From NCBI GenBank assembly GCA_964234715.1, contig OZ174291.1: DNA of 64,000 nt. One strand, given 5' to 3'. A model generated the notes under the pieces. It saw nothing but the letters and a program-made list of their open reading frames with translations. It was not told the origin of the DNA and searched no databases. Of the stretch, positions 37,496 through 51,441 are shown piece by piece. Every line of letters begins with the position of its first letter. The stretch's first letter is position 1. This DNA is from Podarcis melisellensis. Lineage: Eukaryota. The position numbers and the translations under genes are program-made.

Positions 37496-40400
37496 CTGGA
37501 AGGGAAAGCGGGAAACGGGTTCAAAAAAAAAGCGAGCGTCGGAGTCAGGGGGAGCCAACAGAGAAGGAACTCGGTGGTCGTGGGCAAAAGCAGGGTGTTT
37601 CTCTTCCCGTCCACCATTTCCTCCTCTCGGCCTCCCACTTCGACAGGAAGAAGACCCTTTTGCAAATGAGGCTGGACTGCTCTTGGTTTTCCTTTTCTTT
37701 TTTTAATCTCATGCTACCAGCTGCGTTCACAAGTGAACAACAGGGCAACGCCGGGTGTGGGGGAACTTTGGCCTTCCAGGTGTTGCTGAAGAGAAACTCC
37801 GATCGGCCCCTGCAAGTGTGGCTCATGGCTGGGGGAGATGGGAGTTCAGCAGCATCTCTCCAGACTTGCGATACACACAAAAAAAAGGGTACTGTTTTAT
37901 TAGAAAACCTCCAAACTCCATATTGTTTATTTATTCAGGAAATTTATATATCACCTGCTCAGGGGAAGGGGTGGGGTTGGGATTATCCAAGCAGTGCAGA
38001 AATCTGATTACGGTATACGCAACACATGACAAAAGGTAACCCAAAGGGAAATATACATTAAAATATCAATTAAAAAAACAAGATAAAACCAATAAAAAGT
38101 TGGAGCAAATGCACCTAAATCAGCTAAGACGGGTTTCCTGAAATGAAAACATTTTCAGCAGGCCTCTTAACATAGTAGAGTTGTGGCAACTATTACTAGA
38201 GGAATGTGCCTTTCTTAGGCCAACCGAAAGAGTCACAAAACAGGTGCAAGCTTTTGAGTTACGCAGGACTCTTTTGTTGGACTAGATGTGGGAAAAAGGC
38301 CTGTTGCTCAAGCCTTCCTTGCCTGCGTGTTTTAACAGTCTTAAGGCAGAATGCGATAAGACAGTAGCAGACTTTCAGGAGCTCTGCAGGTGTCAAGTTG
38401 CCCCCAGGACTCCTGGGGAGGCTGGTCCCCCGCCTCTGCAAATACAGCAACCAGCTGTCGCTCAGTTCTCTCCTTAGGCAAAACGCAGAGATCCCTATTT
38501 GGCTTTCCTTTCTTAACATAGGGGAATGTTGCTATTGTACTCAGGTCCTCCTTGCGGGCTTTCCATAAGTATCTGGCTGGCCTTGTGAGAACAGGATGCT
38601 GGACTCAGTGGACCTAGAAAATCCTCAGAACTCGATACGGCATTGTATCTAACAGATGTTGCATCTACCTCAAGCACCACTAGGGTGATTAAGATAAGGC
38701 TCAACCACTTTGCTGATGCAAGTTCTGCCATGCTGGGAGGTAGCAATGCCACGGGACAGCGGCAGGGGATGGGAAGCAACAATAAGCTTGCGCTTGCGCT
38801 TGGGTCCTGCTTGCGGGTTTCCCATTGGGACATCTGCTTGGCCACTATGAGAACATGAGGCTAGACTAGATGGGCCACTGGCCTGACCCAGCAGGGGTCT
38901 CTTTTTTCCATCCTTATGTACAGGAAGCAAAACAGACCCCTAGCACTCTATGACTTGCAAGCAGCTCCCTCTGCTTGGATGTGATGAAAGAAAATCAGGG
39001 GGGAACTCAAAAGGAGAGTGTCACAGAAGAGCTTCCATTGCACGCAGTTGGAGCGGATGACCAACATAAGCAAGCATGGTGGTGACTCTTAAATAGGGGT
39101 TGGGGGGTAGTTTTGGTCCGGTGGGCCAGATCTTTATCTCCCCACCCTATGGTCCAACTCTGACAGGTGGGTGAAGCATATGACATCAGGTATAATGGAG
39201 TTGTTGTTGTTTGTGGGGAGAGGAGGAATGCTCTGTCAGGCCAAATGGGGAACTCTAGCAGGCTGAATACTACTTGCGAGCCAGATGTTCCCCAACTCTC
39301 ACAGGTTTTCCCTCCAGGACTGCTGACAAACAGTCTCTTCCAGGCCTACCCGAAGGAGCATAAAACCTGACAAGGAGTGCTGAGGCCATTCTGTTGTGTC
39401 TATGCTGCTTCCTTCCTCAGGACCAGTTAGGACAAGGGCAAGAGTAGAGCTTCCCAGGCCTTTCTGAGATGCCAAATCCAGCCTCTCACTGATTCCAAGG
39501 TTCACTTGGGAGTTCTCCGCATCTCAATTTTTTTTTGCAACAAAGGATGCCACAGCATCAAGCTATTCAAGACACAAGGGTTGTGTGGTCAGGCCTCCTG
39601 AAGTTTAAGCTTTTACTTAAAGGAAGCTGTTTCTTGGAGGAGGGATCTAAGGTTTTGACAGGACAGATAGCGTTGGGGAAGTGGGGAGGAGAAGCTCATG
39701 AAAATCCCCACCAACCACGTGGCAGCTTTTGAACTGCAGAAGAAATGCCAGGAAGTGCCATCATCGGTCTCTCGTGAAGGGGTATGCTTGGCCCATATTT
39801 AGTGACGTGCTATAACTCAGGGGTCGCCAACTGTTTTGAGGCCAGTGGGCACATTTGGAATTTTGATAAAGGGCTGTAGGAGCCAGTCACAAAATGGCTG
39901 CCATGCGTGGGGGGGGGGCCGTCACACATCACAAAATGGCTGCCGTGACATAATGGCTTGTGAGGCAGAGCCAGTGAAAGCAGGAACTGAGCAGCAACAG
40001 CAGAGAGCTGCTCATGCATTGTGGATGTTTGAGGGGATGTTTACGGAGACCTTTTGCAGGAGCCACAGGGGGTGCTGGTGAGCACGCTAGCGCCCGCAGG
40101 CACCGCGTTGAAGACCCCTGGCTCGGCTTCTTAGGCATCCAGTTTCTTGAGCCTGCTGGCAGAGACCAAGGCGCGAATGAGAACCAAACAAAGGAGGTGC
40201 TTCAGCCAGGCTGACTCTGCAAGAGGCAGAACGGAGCTGGGTGTTATCCCAACAAAGTGGCAACTTCCCGGAGAATAAATAAATAAATAAAAATAAAAAT
40301 TGGAAAGCTGCAGAAAGCTCGAGTCGCCAAGCCAAAATCAATCTCTCTCCAGAGCCCCAGATGTCCTTATCATTGCCTAATGGCAATTACACTCAGCCAA

Positions 40401-41304
40401 TTAAGACTCGGCTATCACTGTTGCATTGTTAGTAAGCCTTTGGCCCCTAGTGTTGATGGCTGTCTAATTAGTGTTTGTGCAAAGTACAACTGCAAGATAC
40501 GCCACGCAAAGCTGACAAACACACCCCAAAATAAGCCGTCAATAAGAGGATCGTCCGTAGCACCACTGCTGGCAAAAAGCTATCTTTTGAAGAAGAAGAA
40601 ATATCTTACTGATGAAAGAGTGGGAGACATTCTAAACTAGTCAAAACTGAGAAGTCTAGCTGGTTCCTGGTTGATTGGAAAGAAAGAGACAGGAGGCTGG
40701 TCACTGCACACCTAGAAAACCTAATATCCAACAGCGCATAAACTCAAAATTTCTGCCATTGGGCTTCATAGGTGAGCACATTCTGGAGGGAGGCTGAAAA
40801 AATGAATAAGGCCTTCCCACCCTCCATGGGTACGAGGCCCTTGGAAAGTTAACAATGAGGGAATGTGGCTCTCAAGTTGAAAACTGTCCCCAACCCTTTA
40901 TTTAAGGCATCTCAGCACTCTTTGTTGCTCTTCCAAGAGGGATTCTTCCACCTGCTTAAATTTTAGAACTGATTTATTGTAATTATGATGTGTTTTTTGT
41001 TATCTCTGCATAGTCACACGCATGCATGGGTTCTGCAGCTGTGCAGACACTGCTCAGGAACCTTCCAAGACTCTGGAAGCTGCTGGGCAGGGAGTACAAT
41101 CCTGACAGATAAAAGAAAGTACTTCTTCGTGTAGAGCAGAGTTAAACTATGGAACTCACCCCTACAGGAGGCAGGGACAGCCACCAACTTAGATGGCTTT
41201 AAAAGAGGATTGGACAAATTCACAGAGGAGAGGGCTATGGATGGCTACTAGCCACAGCGGCTATTCTCTGCCTCCGCAGTCAGGGACAGTAATGCTTCTG
41301 AATA

Positions 41305-41773
41305 CAGTGGTACCTTGGTTCTCAAACTTAATCCGTTCCAGAAGTCCGTTCCAAAACCAAAGCATTCCAAAACCAAGGCATGGCTTTCCCATAGAAAGTA
41401 ATGCAAAATGAATTAATCCGTTCCAGACTTTTAAAAACAACCCCTAAAACAGCAATTTAACATGAATTTTACTATCCAACGAGACCAGTGATCCATAAAA
41501 TGAAAGCAATAAACAATGTACTGCAGTCGCACAATCAATCAATCAATCAGTAGCTGAACTGGGTTCCATGCAGTCACAAAAACAAAACACAAAGAGCTGC
41601 AAAAGCAAAAACACAAAAAAAATAGCAAAAACAGACCTCAGCGTAACACTCAAAACGGAGCATGTTCGGCTTCCAAAAAAATTTGGCAAACCAGATCACT
41701 TACTTCCAGGTTTACAGTGTTTGGGTTCCAAGTTGTTTGAGTACCAAGGCATTTGAGAACCAAGGTACCACTG
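41305..41773. mobile_element. Tigger-like MITE inserted into a CR1 3' fragment
   Basis: TIR CAGTGGTACCTTGGTTCTCAAA at both ends. The host reads gaaTA|element|TAccagttgctgg, versus uninterrupted gaataccagttgctgg near 44985. Confidence 0.9.
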
Positions 41774-42271
41774 TACCAGTTGCTGGAAACTTTGGGAAGG
41801 GAGAGGGCTCTTGTGCTCATGTCCTGCTTGCAGGTTTCCCACAGGCATCACGTTGGCCACTGTGAGAACAGGATGCTGGACTAGATGGGCCATTGGCCTG
41901 ATCCAGCGGGCTCTTCTAATGTTCTGATCCTGCTTTCTGCAGGGTGCAAATGAGTAGGAACTCAGTCCTGCAAGGTTCAGGCACACCAGGCCATTCCCAG
42001 AGGAAACTAAGCAGGATTGAACTTCACGTGCATCAGGTCACTCTTAGGAGGTCCATCCTGCTTTCCGCTGGGTTGAGCTGAAGTGTGGGCTTCCTGAGGA
42101 TGCATCTCTACCTGCCACACACCTGACATCAGGTGTGGGGCAGAGGCACCTGGTTGGGGGGGATGATTCTGCATTCCAAATGGAGAGGTCTGGCAGACTG
42201 AGTCTTGCCCATGAGCCAGAGGTCTCCAGCTTACCCTGCTCTATACTTAGGCTGACATTTTGATTTAATGA

Positions 42272-42770
42272 GAGCCAATGTGGTGCAGCGGTTAAGATGC
42301 CAATCTAGGACCTGAGAGACCAGAGTTCAAATCTCCCACTCAGCCATGAAGGACCTTGGGACCAGTCATTCGCTCTCAGCCTAACCCATCTCACAGGAAG
42401 GGTGGGGGATGGGAGCAGGAGAACGATGTACGCCACCTTGAAAGGTGGGGTGCAAATAAATAATGTGATCTGCGAACCTGGTAGATCCCTCAGTTTTAAA
42501 TTTCAAATATATTGTACTTTTACTGAATTAACAAGAAGATACTTATATTTATTGCATTGATATCCCTCCTTTTTCTCCAAGGAACTCAAGGCAGTGTATG
42601 TGGGTCACTCCCTCCTCATTTAATACCCTGTGAGGTAGGTTAGGTTGGGGGGGGGGAACAGCGACCGGCTCAAAGTCACCCAGTGAGCTTCATGGCTGAG
42701 TGGGGGATTCAAACCCTGGTCTCCCAGGTCCTAGTATGACACTCTAACCACTGTGCCACACTGGATAGGT
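42272..42770. mobile_element. Two MIR/Ther1-like (core) SINEs in opposite orientation
   Basis: GTGGTGCAGCGGTTAAG...GGTTCAAATC head on +, and the reverse complement at 42540-42770. Relatives at about 10830, 43795, 45360, 55090, 57670. Confidence 0.65.
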
Positions 42771-45700
42771 GGCATGGAACCCACTAGCATAGAACCCACC
42801 GTTCGCCAGGTGGAAGTGGAAGAAAACAGCCCCCTTAAGATGGCTTCATCTCGTCTATGGAGGGGGGGGCGAACCCTTCAATTTCACCTCTCTTCCCATT
42901 CAGTCATGCGAGGAGATTGATTGATAGGCACTTGAGCTGTGGGGCCGAGAGCGCCTGCTCTCTCGTCACTCGCCTTTCTAAAGAGCCCCGTGCTTATGGC
43001 CTGACATCAGAGAACTCAATCTGGCAAGCGCGTGTTTATCAATAGCACTTTGCGCTGCGGCGGTTACGATGCTTGTTTTCTGGGTCAGACCTTGGATTCC
43101 TTTTCATTTGGAGGCTGCGATGTTTGCGGTTACCTCACCCCTAATCAATGCTGGATACAACCAGCCTTTTCTATGGCTGCGTGTCTCAGATGCGCAGCTT
43201 AAAGCGACAGGAGCCTGTGACACGTGGGCCTCCGGTTTCAAAACAATGCAAAGACCTCTTTCTTTCTCTCCCTCTCCCTCTCCCCTCCCTCTTCTTCTTT
43301 CCAGGCTTACAAAAAAAGCCGCTAAGATGGCACTGCAAAATGCAGACTTCTCAAGGACACTTGGTGCTGTAGACAATTAGCATACAGCAGATTTTTTGTT
43401 TAAACAAAAAGAATAGCAAGTATCTGCAGATGGGAGTTCAAGTTGTTCCTCTATGAATCGCATTCTGGAGTCTAAATTCTCTTCTGCCTTAAGGAACAAT
43501 TCCAGATTAGAGAAATGAGTAGCTGGCTTGGAGACTATCGATCTGTTTTCAACTCCCCTAATCTCTAGCCAGTGGGGTGGGGGGGAAATGCATCCCCTTC
43601 CCCAGTCATCTTCATCCTTCTCTCTAATTCTTCGGTTGGTTTTTATTGACGTTAAGTCAACCAATATATAAGAACTGTTAGATGCTATGGGCTGCGGCTA
43701 GTTAAGATGTACTCATAGCGGACCCAGTGAAATTAATCACTGTGACTAACTTAAGCCCATTGATTTCAAATGTTTGTACCATGAATATGTGGCCAGTGTT
43801 GTGTAGCGGTTAGAGTGCTGTACTGGGACCTGGAAGAGACCAGGGTTCAAATCCCCATTTGGCCATTAAGCCCACTGGGCGACTTTGGGCCAGTGGCTGC
43901 CTCTCTCAGCCTGTATGGCCAGCAGCCAGGGCTGATGGGATTTGTAGTCCAACAATACCCAGAGGGCCACAGTTCCCGCACCCTCCCTAGGGGTTAGAAG
44001 GACCAGTACTTTGCTGTAAAAATTCACATGCTCATTAGGAGTAGCCAGAACACACCACGGAACAGGAAAGTTTCCTTCAAAAAAAAGAGAGAGAGCTTGC
44101 TTCTGGTAAGACCAGTTTTTCTATGCATCTCTTATTAGGTAAATTGAGGCTCAGGATGATTGCTGTACATGGTTTCAGTGGGCGTCAAGGCAGCTAACAT
44201 GCATAAGACACCTTGGGGGCCTCGACTCCCACAGCGGAGCTCTAAAATTAGCCCTGTTGATTAGGTTATCATTTCTTCTGTTTCAGACAACCTGTGGTGG
44301 AGGGGACTGGAGGGGGGACGGACGGACGGACAAAAGTCAGTCTCCTTCTAAAACCCAGCTTCTTTCTCTAAAGGAAGGCCGTCACAAAAAAGCACACCTT
44401 TGTGTCACTGCAACAGAAGAGCTGGCAGAAAGGCAAGCAGTTAGGGACACACAGCCAAGCTATACCGTTCTGGGCACTGAACTCTTTGGTTAGGTGGCAT
44501 GTGTGACTGACAATCACCCAGCCAGTGTAGGGATGCCACCCTCTATGGCTGGGCTGTGCCTCCCTGCTGGGCTTTTCTTTCTCGTGGGGACACAGAGGTG
44601 CAAAGGGACTGCGTGGAGAGAGATAGAAAGTGTTGAATGCAGCTGGGTAGATAAAGAGTCTGGCTGGAGAGAAGGCAGCTTTCCTACATTACTACTTCTG
44701 GAACATGGCTGGGGACCAGGAGAAGGGGAAAGCACAGGGGCTGTTCCCTTCGCACCCTATTTGTATCCTTCCTGGAGAAATGCAACTGGCCACAGCCAGA
44801 AACATGAAGGCCTTCAAGCAGTGCATTTTTAAACTATGGAACTCTCTCCCACAGGAAGCAGTGATGGCCACCAACTGGGAAGGCTTTAAAAGAGGACTGG
44901 TCAAATGGAGGAGAAGGTTACCAATGGCTATAAGCCATGATAGCTATTGCTCTGCCTCCACAATGGGGGGCAGGAATGCTTCCGAATACCAGTTGCTGGA
45001 AACCCACAGGGATGGAGAGTGCTCTTGTGCCCTACTTGCAGGCTTCCCACTGAGGCATCTGGTTGGGCATGTGAGAAAAGGATGCTGGAATAGATGGACC
45101 ACTGGCCTGATCTGGCAGGCTCTTTTTCTTAATTTGTGTGCTTCAATACTGGCTCAGGGAGGACCACAAAAGCCCTTGCTTCTGTAGTGCATTTACACCC
45201 CACATTTTTCTCCAAGCAAGTCAGGACTGCACACATGAACAGCAGCAGCAACAACAACTGGGCATCTTACAGCATATCTAAAAACATAATAAAAACATCA
45301 AGCATTAAAAACCTCCCGATACAGGGCTGCCTTCAGGTGTCTTCTAAAAGTTGTTCTTCCCCATCCCAATTAATTCCCACTACAGCCCTGTGAGGTAGGT
45401 TACACTCCAAGGGCACCCAGTGGGCTTCGTGGCCGATTGGGAATAGGAACTCTGGTCTCTCCCAGGTGTTAGTCTGACACTTCAACCCCTATACTACACT
45501 GGCTCTTCTAAGATCAAGGTGAGAAGGGTTCTAGTTTCAGTCGAGATATTAAGACCTGCCAGAACTGTGGCATGCAAGACCTGAGTGAGACAGCCCTTTC
45601 ACCAATGATGATTCACAGGAACTGCTGTTCAGAGGCATGATGCTTCCAGCAGTGGCCAGCACCAATAACGTTTAGTCTGCTTTTCAGAAAAGAACTGGTC

Positions 45701-48197
45701 TTATGTGACCATATCTAATCTTGATTTTATGTCCCCTACCCCAAAAAGAGGTGGGGGGGGGGAAACCACAGTGGATGCTGCTTTGGGTGGTGTTAGATTA
45801 GACCCCCCAAAAAAAGCTTGCAAAATGTCTGGATCTCACAGAGGGAAAGCAGTGGCTGAACTGCCGTGTGGCTTGGCTGCTTCCAAAATGGTTTTTTCAC
45901 ATATCAGCAGCTCTCCAGCTAGACCGAATCTGCGCAAACATCCGCCTCCCTGGGGTCCTCAAAATGTCACGAGCCCCTCTGCCAAAGATACCTGAACGAG
46001 GCCTCGCACCAGCTGCAATCTGAAGTCACGTTTCAAAGGGGGGGGCGGGTTGCAAAAATTAAGACCTTTGAAGGGGCACAGTCAATACCGACTTAGCTAT
46101 TAGTGGGAGGCAATCAATTCTCAACATTTCATCCTGAAAAAGAAAGAAAAAGAAAAGCGGAGGAAAGAACTACTCTCTGAATTTAGTTCAAGCTGCCTTC
46201 GTCTCCGCCACTCAAAGAATCTGGCATTAATGGAGCAGGAGATATATATTTATTTTATACAGACAATTGACTCTAATCCTACTCTACAAAAATGTATCAT
46301 TAAAACGAAGCGTTGCTGTAAAATACCATACATTGATTTATGGCAGGGCTGAGCCAATTTCACAGTTCGTATGACATCACCACTTCTACTGAGCGCCCGC
46401 TTGGTGGCTTCTGAAAGACTGAGAGGGTGGAAAGCGGGGGGGGGGGGGGCGTGCTGGAAGGGGGTGAGGAGAGAGAGGGGGTGGGAGAGGGAGAGAGGGA
46501 TTCTACCTGATCTATATACTCCAGTCTAGGTCAAGGTAAGATTACTGATTAACCTGGGACAATCATTCTCAAAGCCACCGCCCCCCCTCTTTAAACCGTA
46601 GGATCAGAATTAATAAGGCTCAGGGCATTAAAAGACCTGCGTTAATAAACCTTTTCAACTCTTCATTGCAGATAAAGCAATTGTGGTGATAAATAGAAAC
46701 GATGTGCCGTTGTGGGAGTGGACAAATCTCTCTCGGGTGGTTCAGAAAATGCAGCCCAGGAGAGACATTCAGCACTCCAGTACAAACCCTATTCCAAGGC
46801 ATGAAGAAAGGGTATCAAGCAGAGTTTAGCTTTTAACTACTGTCATTGCCTCTCCCCCCCCCCCAACAGCATTTCAGCTAAAAGCCACAATAATAAGTTT
46901 TATCTCTGTTAAATAACAGATTCAGTTTTATGGTTTGGGGATACATCAGTCAGGCTCTTAATCCAATGACGAGTCGAGGCTCTTGGCAGGGGAGGGGGGG
47001 TTAAAAAAAGAAAATCTCAAATTCCACTGAGCTAAAGCTAAACCTCCCCAACACCCCTTTGAGCAGCCAGTTCTGGAAAAAAGAAGTGTTTTGAGAGGTT
47101 TCGAATTTCTAAGCCCCCTTTTAGGCAAATAAGTGACTAAACCCCTGTAAGTAACATCAGCAACAGACACAGTTTTACAGAAACCATCTTCAATTAAAAA
47201 AAACCACACACAAAATCCGTGGATCAATCAATGCTTTCAGCTCTAGCATACTTAGTTACTTAGACAGTAACTTTTTCAAGCACAGATTCAGGCTCCCATT
47301 TCCCATTCTGTCGCCTCTGCTGTCCTGTCAACCTCTCTCCCATAAGGACCAGTGTTCAACTCCCTTAAGAGCTCCAGCTGCAGCCCAGCTCATGACTTCT
47401 TCATGAAGAGCAGTGCTAAAACTCTGGAACTCGCTCCCACAGGAGAGGCAGCGATTGCCACCAACTTGGATGGCTTTAAAAGAGGACTGGACTAGTTCGT
47501 GGAAGATAAGGGTATTGATAGCTGGAAGCCACTTTGCCTCCACTGTTACTAATGCTTCTGAATTCCAGCTGCTGGAAACCATAGGGGCATGGGGTAATAT
47601 TGCTTGTGTGCTCAGGTCCTGGGTAGCCACTCTGAAAAGAGGATAGTGGATTTCATGTCTTAACCTCACAGGACCAAACTGGCTTGCTCTCTTCTTAGCC
47701 AACAAGTGTGTTTGGTGACCCATCATGCAAATACCTAACATGCCCGAGTTTGATTTCCCCCTCTTCCCTTCCTTCCCCTTATGTCATTTTTAGGGTTTCT
47801 TTAAAATCATAAACCTGAGACTGGAGACTGCCTATTATAATTTTTAACTGATAGTATTTATGCCACTCTGGGAACTGAAGTATGGTGCACAAATGCTCTA
47901 AATAAAACAAACAAACAGGCAGGCAGGCAAGCAGACAAGTCTCCCTCCAGGATTTCTACTGGAATCCCCAAGTTTAACAGAGAAACCTCTTAAGTGAGAG
48001 AAATCTCCTTGAAATGTCAGTATGCATAATCACATGCTGTGGATATTAGGACCTGCGTGGATACATAACCATTTGTTTCTCAGTGCAGATCCCATGAGCT
48101 GCTTAGATATGCCACTGTCAATGTATGGAACGTTTTCCTGAAGCCAAGACCAAGGTTTTGAAATCAGCTGGCTTTTGGTGATCATGTTTTATGTTCG

Positions 48198-48271
<74 letters not shown>

Positions 48272-48309
48272 TATCTGGATTTTCAGAATTTATTTTGAAT
48301 TTATTACAT

Positions 48310-48559
48310 CAGGGGTCAGCAAACTTTTTCAGCAGGGGGCCGGTCCACTGTCCCTCAGACCATGTGGTGGGCCGGATTATATTTTGGGAAAAAATATGAA
48401 CAAATTCCTATACCCCACAAATAACCCAGAGATGCATTTTAAATAAAAGCACACATTTTACTCATGTAAAAACACACTGATTCCCAGACCGTCCGTGGGC
48501 TGGATTGAGAAGGCTATTGAGACGGATCTGGCCCCTGGGCCTTAGTTTGCCTACCCATG
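48310..48559. mobile_element. hAT-type MITE
   Basis: 8-bp TSD TATTACAT on both sides. Ends CAGGGGTCAGCAAAC / GTTTGCCTACCCATG. Confidence 0.88.
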
Positions 48560-49488
48560 TATTACATCTTGGAATTTTCAGAGGCGTAGTCATGTTAGCC
48601 CATTACGGCAAACAAGGAAAATCTTACAAGAAAACAAACCAGATAATTTTTTTAGCTGCCACTTCTAAGAAATGTAGCAAATCGACAGTAGAAGAGATGT
48701 GATACTTTTGTGTTGCTAGCAAATTATCTGAATTATGGATACTATTCTGGTTAAGTTTGTAAGATCTTTGTAATTGACCAGAAAGACTGGATGCAAACAC
48801 ACACAGAGCAAAAAATGATTGATTGTGATAGCAGGTTGAGCCCGGAAGATGGCTACTTTGTAGGGCTGTGTTTGAAAGAGAGAGTTTATAAAACTTTATA
48901 GTCTTAAAGCAAGGATGGGAAACCTGTAGTCCTCCAGATATTTGGTCTACAACTCCCATCAGCCCCAAATGTTAGGGATGATAAGTATAGTCTGGCAACA
49001 CCAGAAGGTCACTATGGGCTATATCCAACATTCTCTGTTGAACCTGCTGTACTCCTTTAGCCTGACATGCAACTGTGCCTGAAAAAATTCACCTCCCTTG
49101 AGAACCTCAATTAGGCTGTCAATTCAATTCTTCTAGGCAACATTCAACATTTTTGGACCCTTAGCACAAGAACCTATGCTCCAGCGGGTGGCAGAATTTA
49201 AAGGCTGGGCAACAAAGGAATCTAGCACAACAGCTGTTTTGGCATAAGCTTGTTGAGCAACAGCTGATTCTTGCAGCCTAACAATCTCTGAATACGAATG
49301 CACGTTTTCCCTTGTGCAACAACCTTCCACCAGCTCAATAAGTATACAGCTAAGCAACTTTAACTCACAGCTACATTGGATACAGCCCATTGCATTGGCC
49401 ACGCAACATCCAGTGAGGCTGCCGGTGGGAGGATAAGTGTTCAGTCTGCAAAACAGAACTCTCGGGATGCCAACTACCACGTACTTAC

Positions 49489-49577
49489 CCGGCAATGACC
49501 ACCCCGTCACAAGAATGCACATCGCACAGAACTTTCCCAAGTTCGTACTGCAGCTGGCTCACGGCGCCAATGCGGTT
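49489..49577 (-). CDS. FBXW8: FBXW8 exon 4 (NRIGAVSQLQYELGKVLCDVHSCDGVVIAG)
   Basis: Matches human NRKGAVSELEH...VLCDVHSHDGVVIAG. ctgcag / gtaagt boundaries. 89 bp. Confidence 0.95.
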
Positions 49578-50059
49578 CTGCAGAGGAAGACAAGGGAGCG
49601 GCATTAGCCCTGATCAGCCACGTAGCAATCCCAACCATTCTGCTTCCCCTTCACCAGAAGGGTCATATCTCTGTGCATGCAGGAGGCCTCCACGCTCAAT
49701 CTCAAACATCTCCAAGTTAGGCTAGGAAAGGCTCCTGGTCTGAAACCATGGAGAGCTGCTGCCAGTCAGAGCCAGCAACACTAAGGCAGATGGTTTGAGG
49801 GTCTGACTTGATAGAAAGCAGCTTCCTGCGTTCCTGTATGCAGGGGAAGGCTCAATAGCAGGGCACATGCTTTGTGCCCCAAAGATGCCAAGCTTGCCCC
49901 CCAGTGCCTCCAGATAGGGCTATGAAAGTTCTCTGTCTGAAATCATTGAGAGTTGATACCCATCATATGCCTCTGCCTAGGTTACCCACCCTCCTGAGCC
50001 GTACCTCTCACCAGCCTGGCAATAATGCATCCTTGAATTCTGATTATGCCTCTTGCTTG

Positions 50060-50098
<39 letters not shown>

Positions 50099-50984
50099 GT
50101 GTAGCACGTGAAAGTAAAGTGGTACCCACTTAGAGTGAAACAAGGATCAGACAGACACAGCTTTTGGAGAAAAAGAAGGTGAGGTTTTATTGCTGAGCAA
50201 TAATGGACCCAGTTGGAATCTTTTCCAAAAGACTGGGACCCCGAAGCATACAAATCCTGAGGTCTTTACACCTGAGCAAATCACAGATCATGAGACAGTC
50301 ATGAGACAGTCACAGATGCCAGCGAAGAATAACCAATTAGCGTGCATCTGCCAGGCTCCTAGCCTTGCGCAGAGTTCACTCCCTAACTTCTGCTTTCCAT
50401 TGTCTGCACAAATGATGCGCAGTCTGACCTTTTCCCTAGTTCGGACAGAACAAGGAAATGAGACTCAGGGAAACTCCTGGCCTTACCTCCCCCAAGTTTT
50501 GTGGTTTGGCCCTTGCTTTTCTGTGGACTATTTTAGCCTGCATTGGAGGGGGATTTTGTACCAGTGTCTCTGATTCATGTCTTCCCCTTTCCTTCAGGGT
50601 ACAGGATGTTACTAGGTGAAAGGTCGGTTCTGGACTTGCGGTTCCAAGCAGTTTGCAGTTAGCTTAGGCAAAGCTTTCCTTTGATTCAAAATGGATTATA
50701 AAATTCACTGTAAGCCCTGTTATATGTGAGCATATATGAATATATTGATTACTGATAACTGATTATATGAATAGCATAAGGGTAGCATAAGAGTGGCCCC
50801 CCTTTTCTTGCTTTATAGGAGCTAGCTTATTATACAAGGTTAAAATTTCTATTCATCACTCTGCTGACTTCTGCCCCTGGCCCAGCCTGTCACAAGCATG
50901 CAACCCTCAGGCTAAAACAGCCCCCCCCCCCCGCCTAATAGAATCATAATGGATTCCAAAAGAAGAATCCCCCGCAGAGTTTAC

Positions 50985-51149
50985 CTTCCAGTTGGTTCTT
51001 AAAACCTGCTCCTTCTCCCGGCATTCCCGGAGGGTCCTTTTCCAGAAAGGAGAATCAGATATTTGACTGTTGGGCAGGTAACCTTCTTTTTGGCACAACC
51101 GGAACCAAAGGAGCTGGTCTTCTGCAAGGACCTTCCAGGGCTTGCTAAC
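50985..51149 (-). CDS. FBXW8: FBXW8 exon 3, end of F-box (VSKPWKVLAEDQLLWFRLCQKEGYLPNSQISDSPFWKRTLRECREKEQVLRTNWK)
   Basis: Matches human VSKTWKVIAEDEVLWYRLCQQEG...LRTNWK. ttttag / gtaaac boundaries. Confidence 0.95.
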
Positions 51150-51441
51150 CTAAAAGCAGCAAGACAAGTATCAGCTCTAGACAGTGTGTCTGTTGGAGGC
51201 TGGCAGCATCTTCATGCATGGAGTTAAAAGTGAAGCTTGGCTGTGCTGTGTTACAATGGTCTCTCTTCCCCACCTGAGAGGGGAGAGTTGCTGTCATGCT
51301 TACAGGTCCTGCCTACAGGTTTCCTACGAGAAGCAGGTTGGCCACTGTGAGAACAGGATGATGGAGTAGGAGGGCCATTGGCCTGATCCAGCAGGCTCTT
51401 CTTATGTTCTTAGAAAGCGGACTCAAGGATTGTTACAAATA

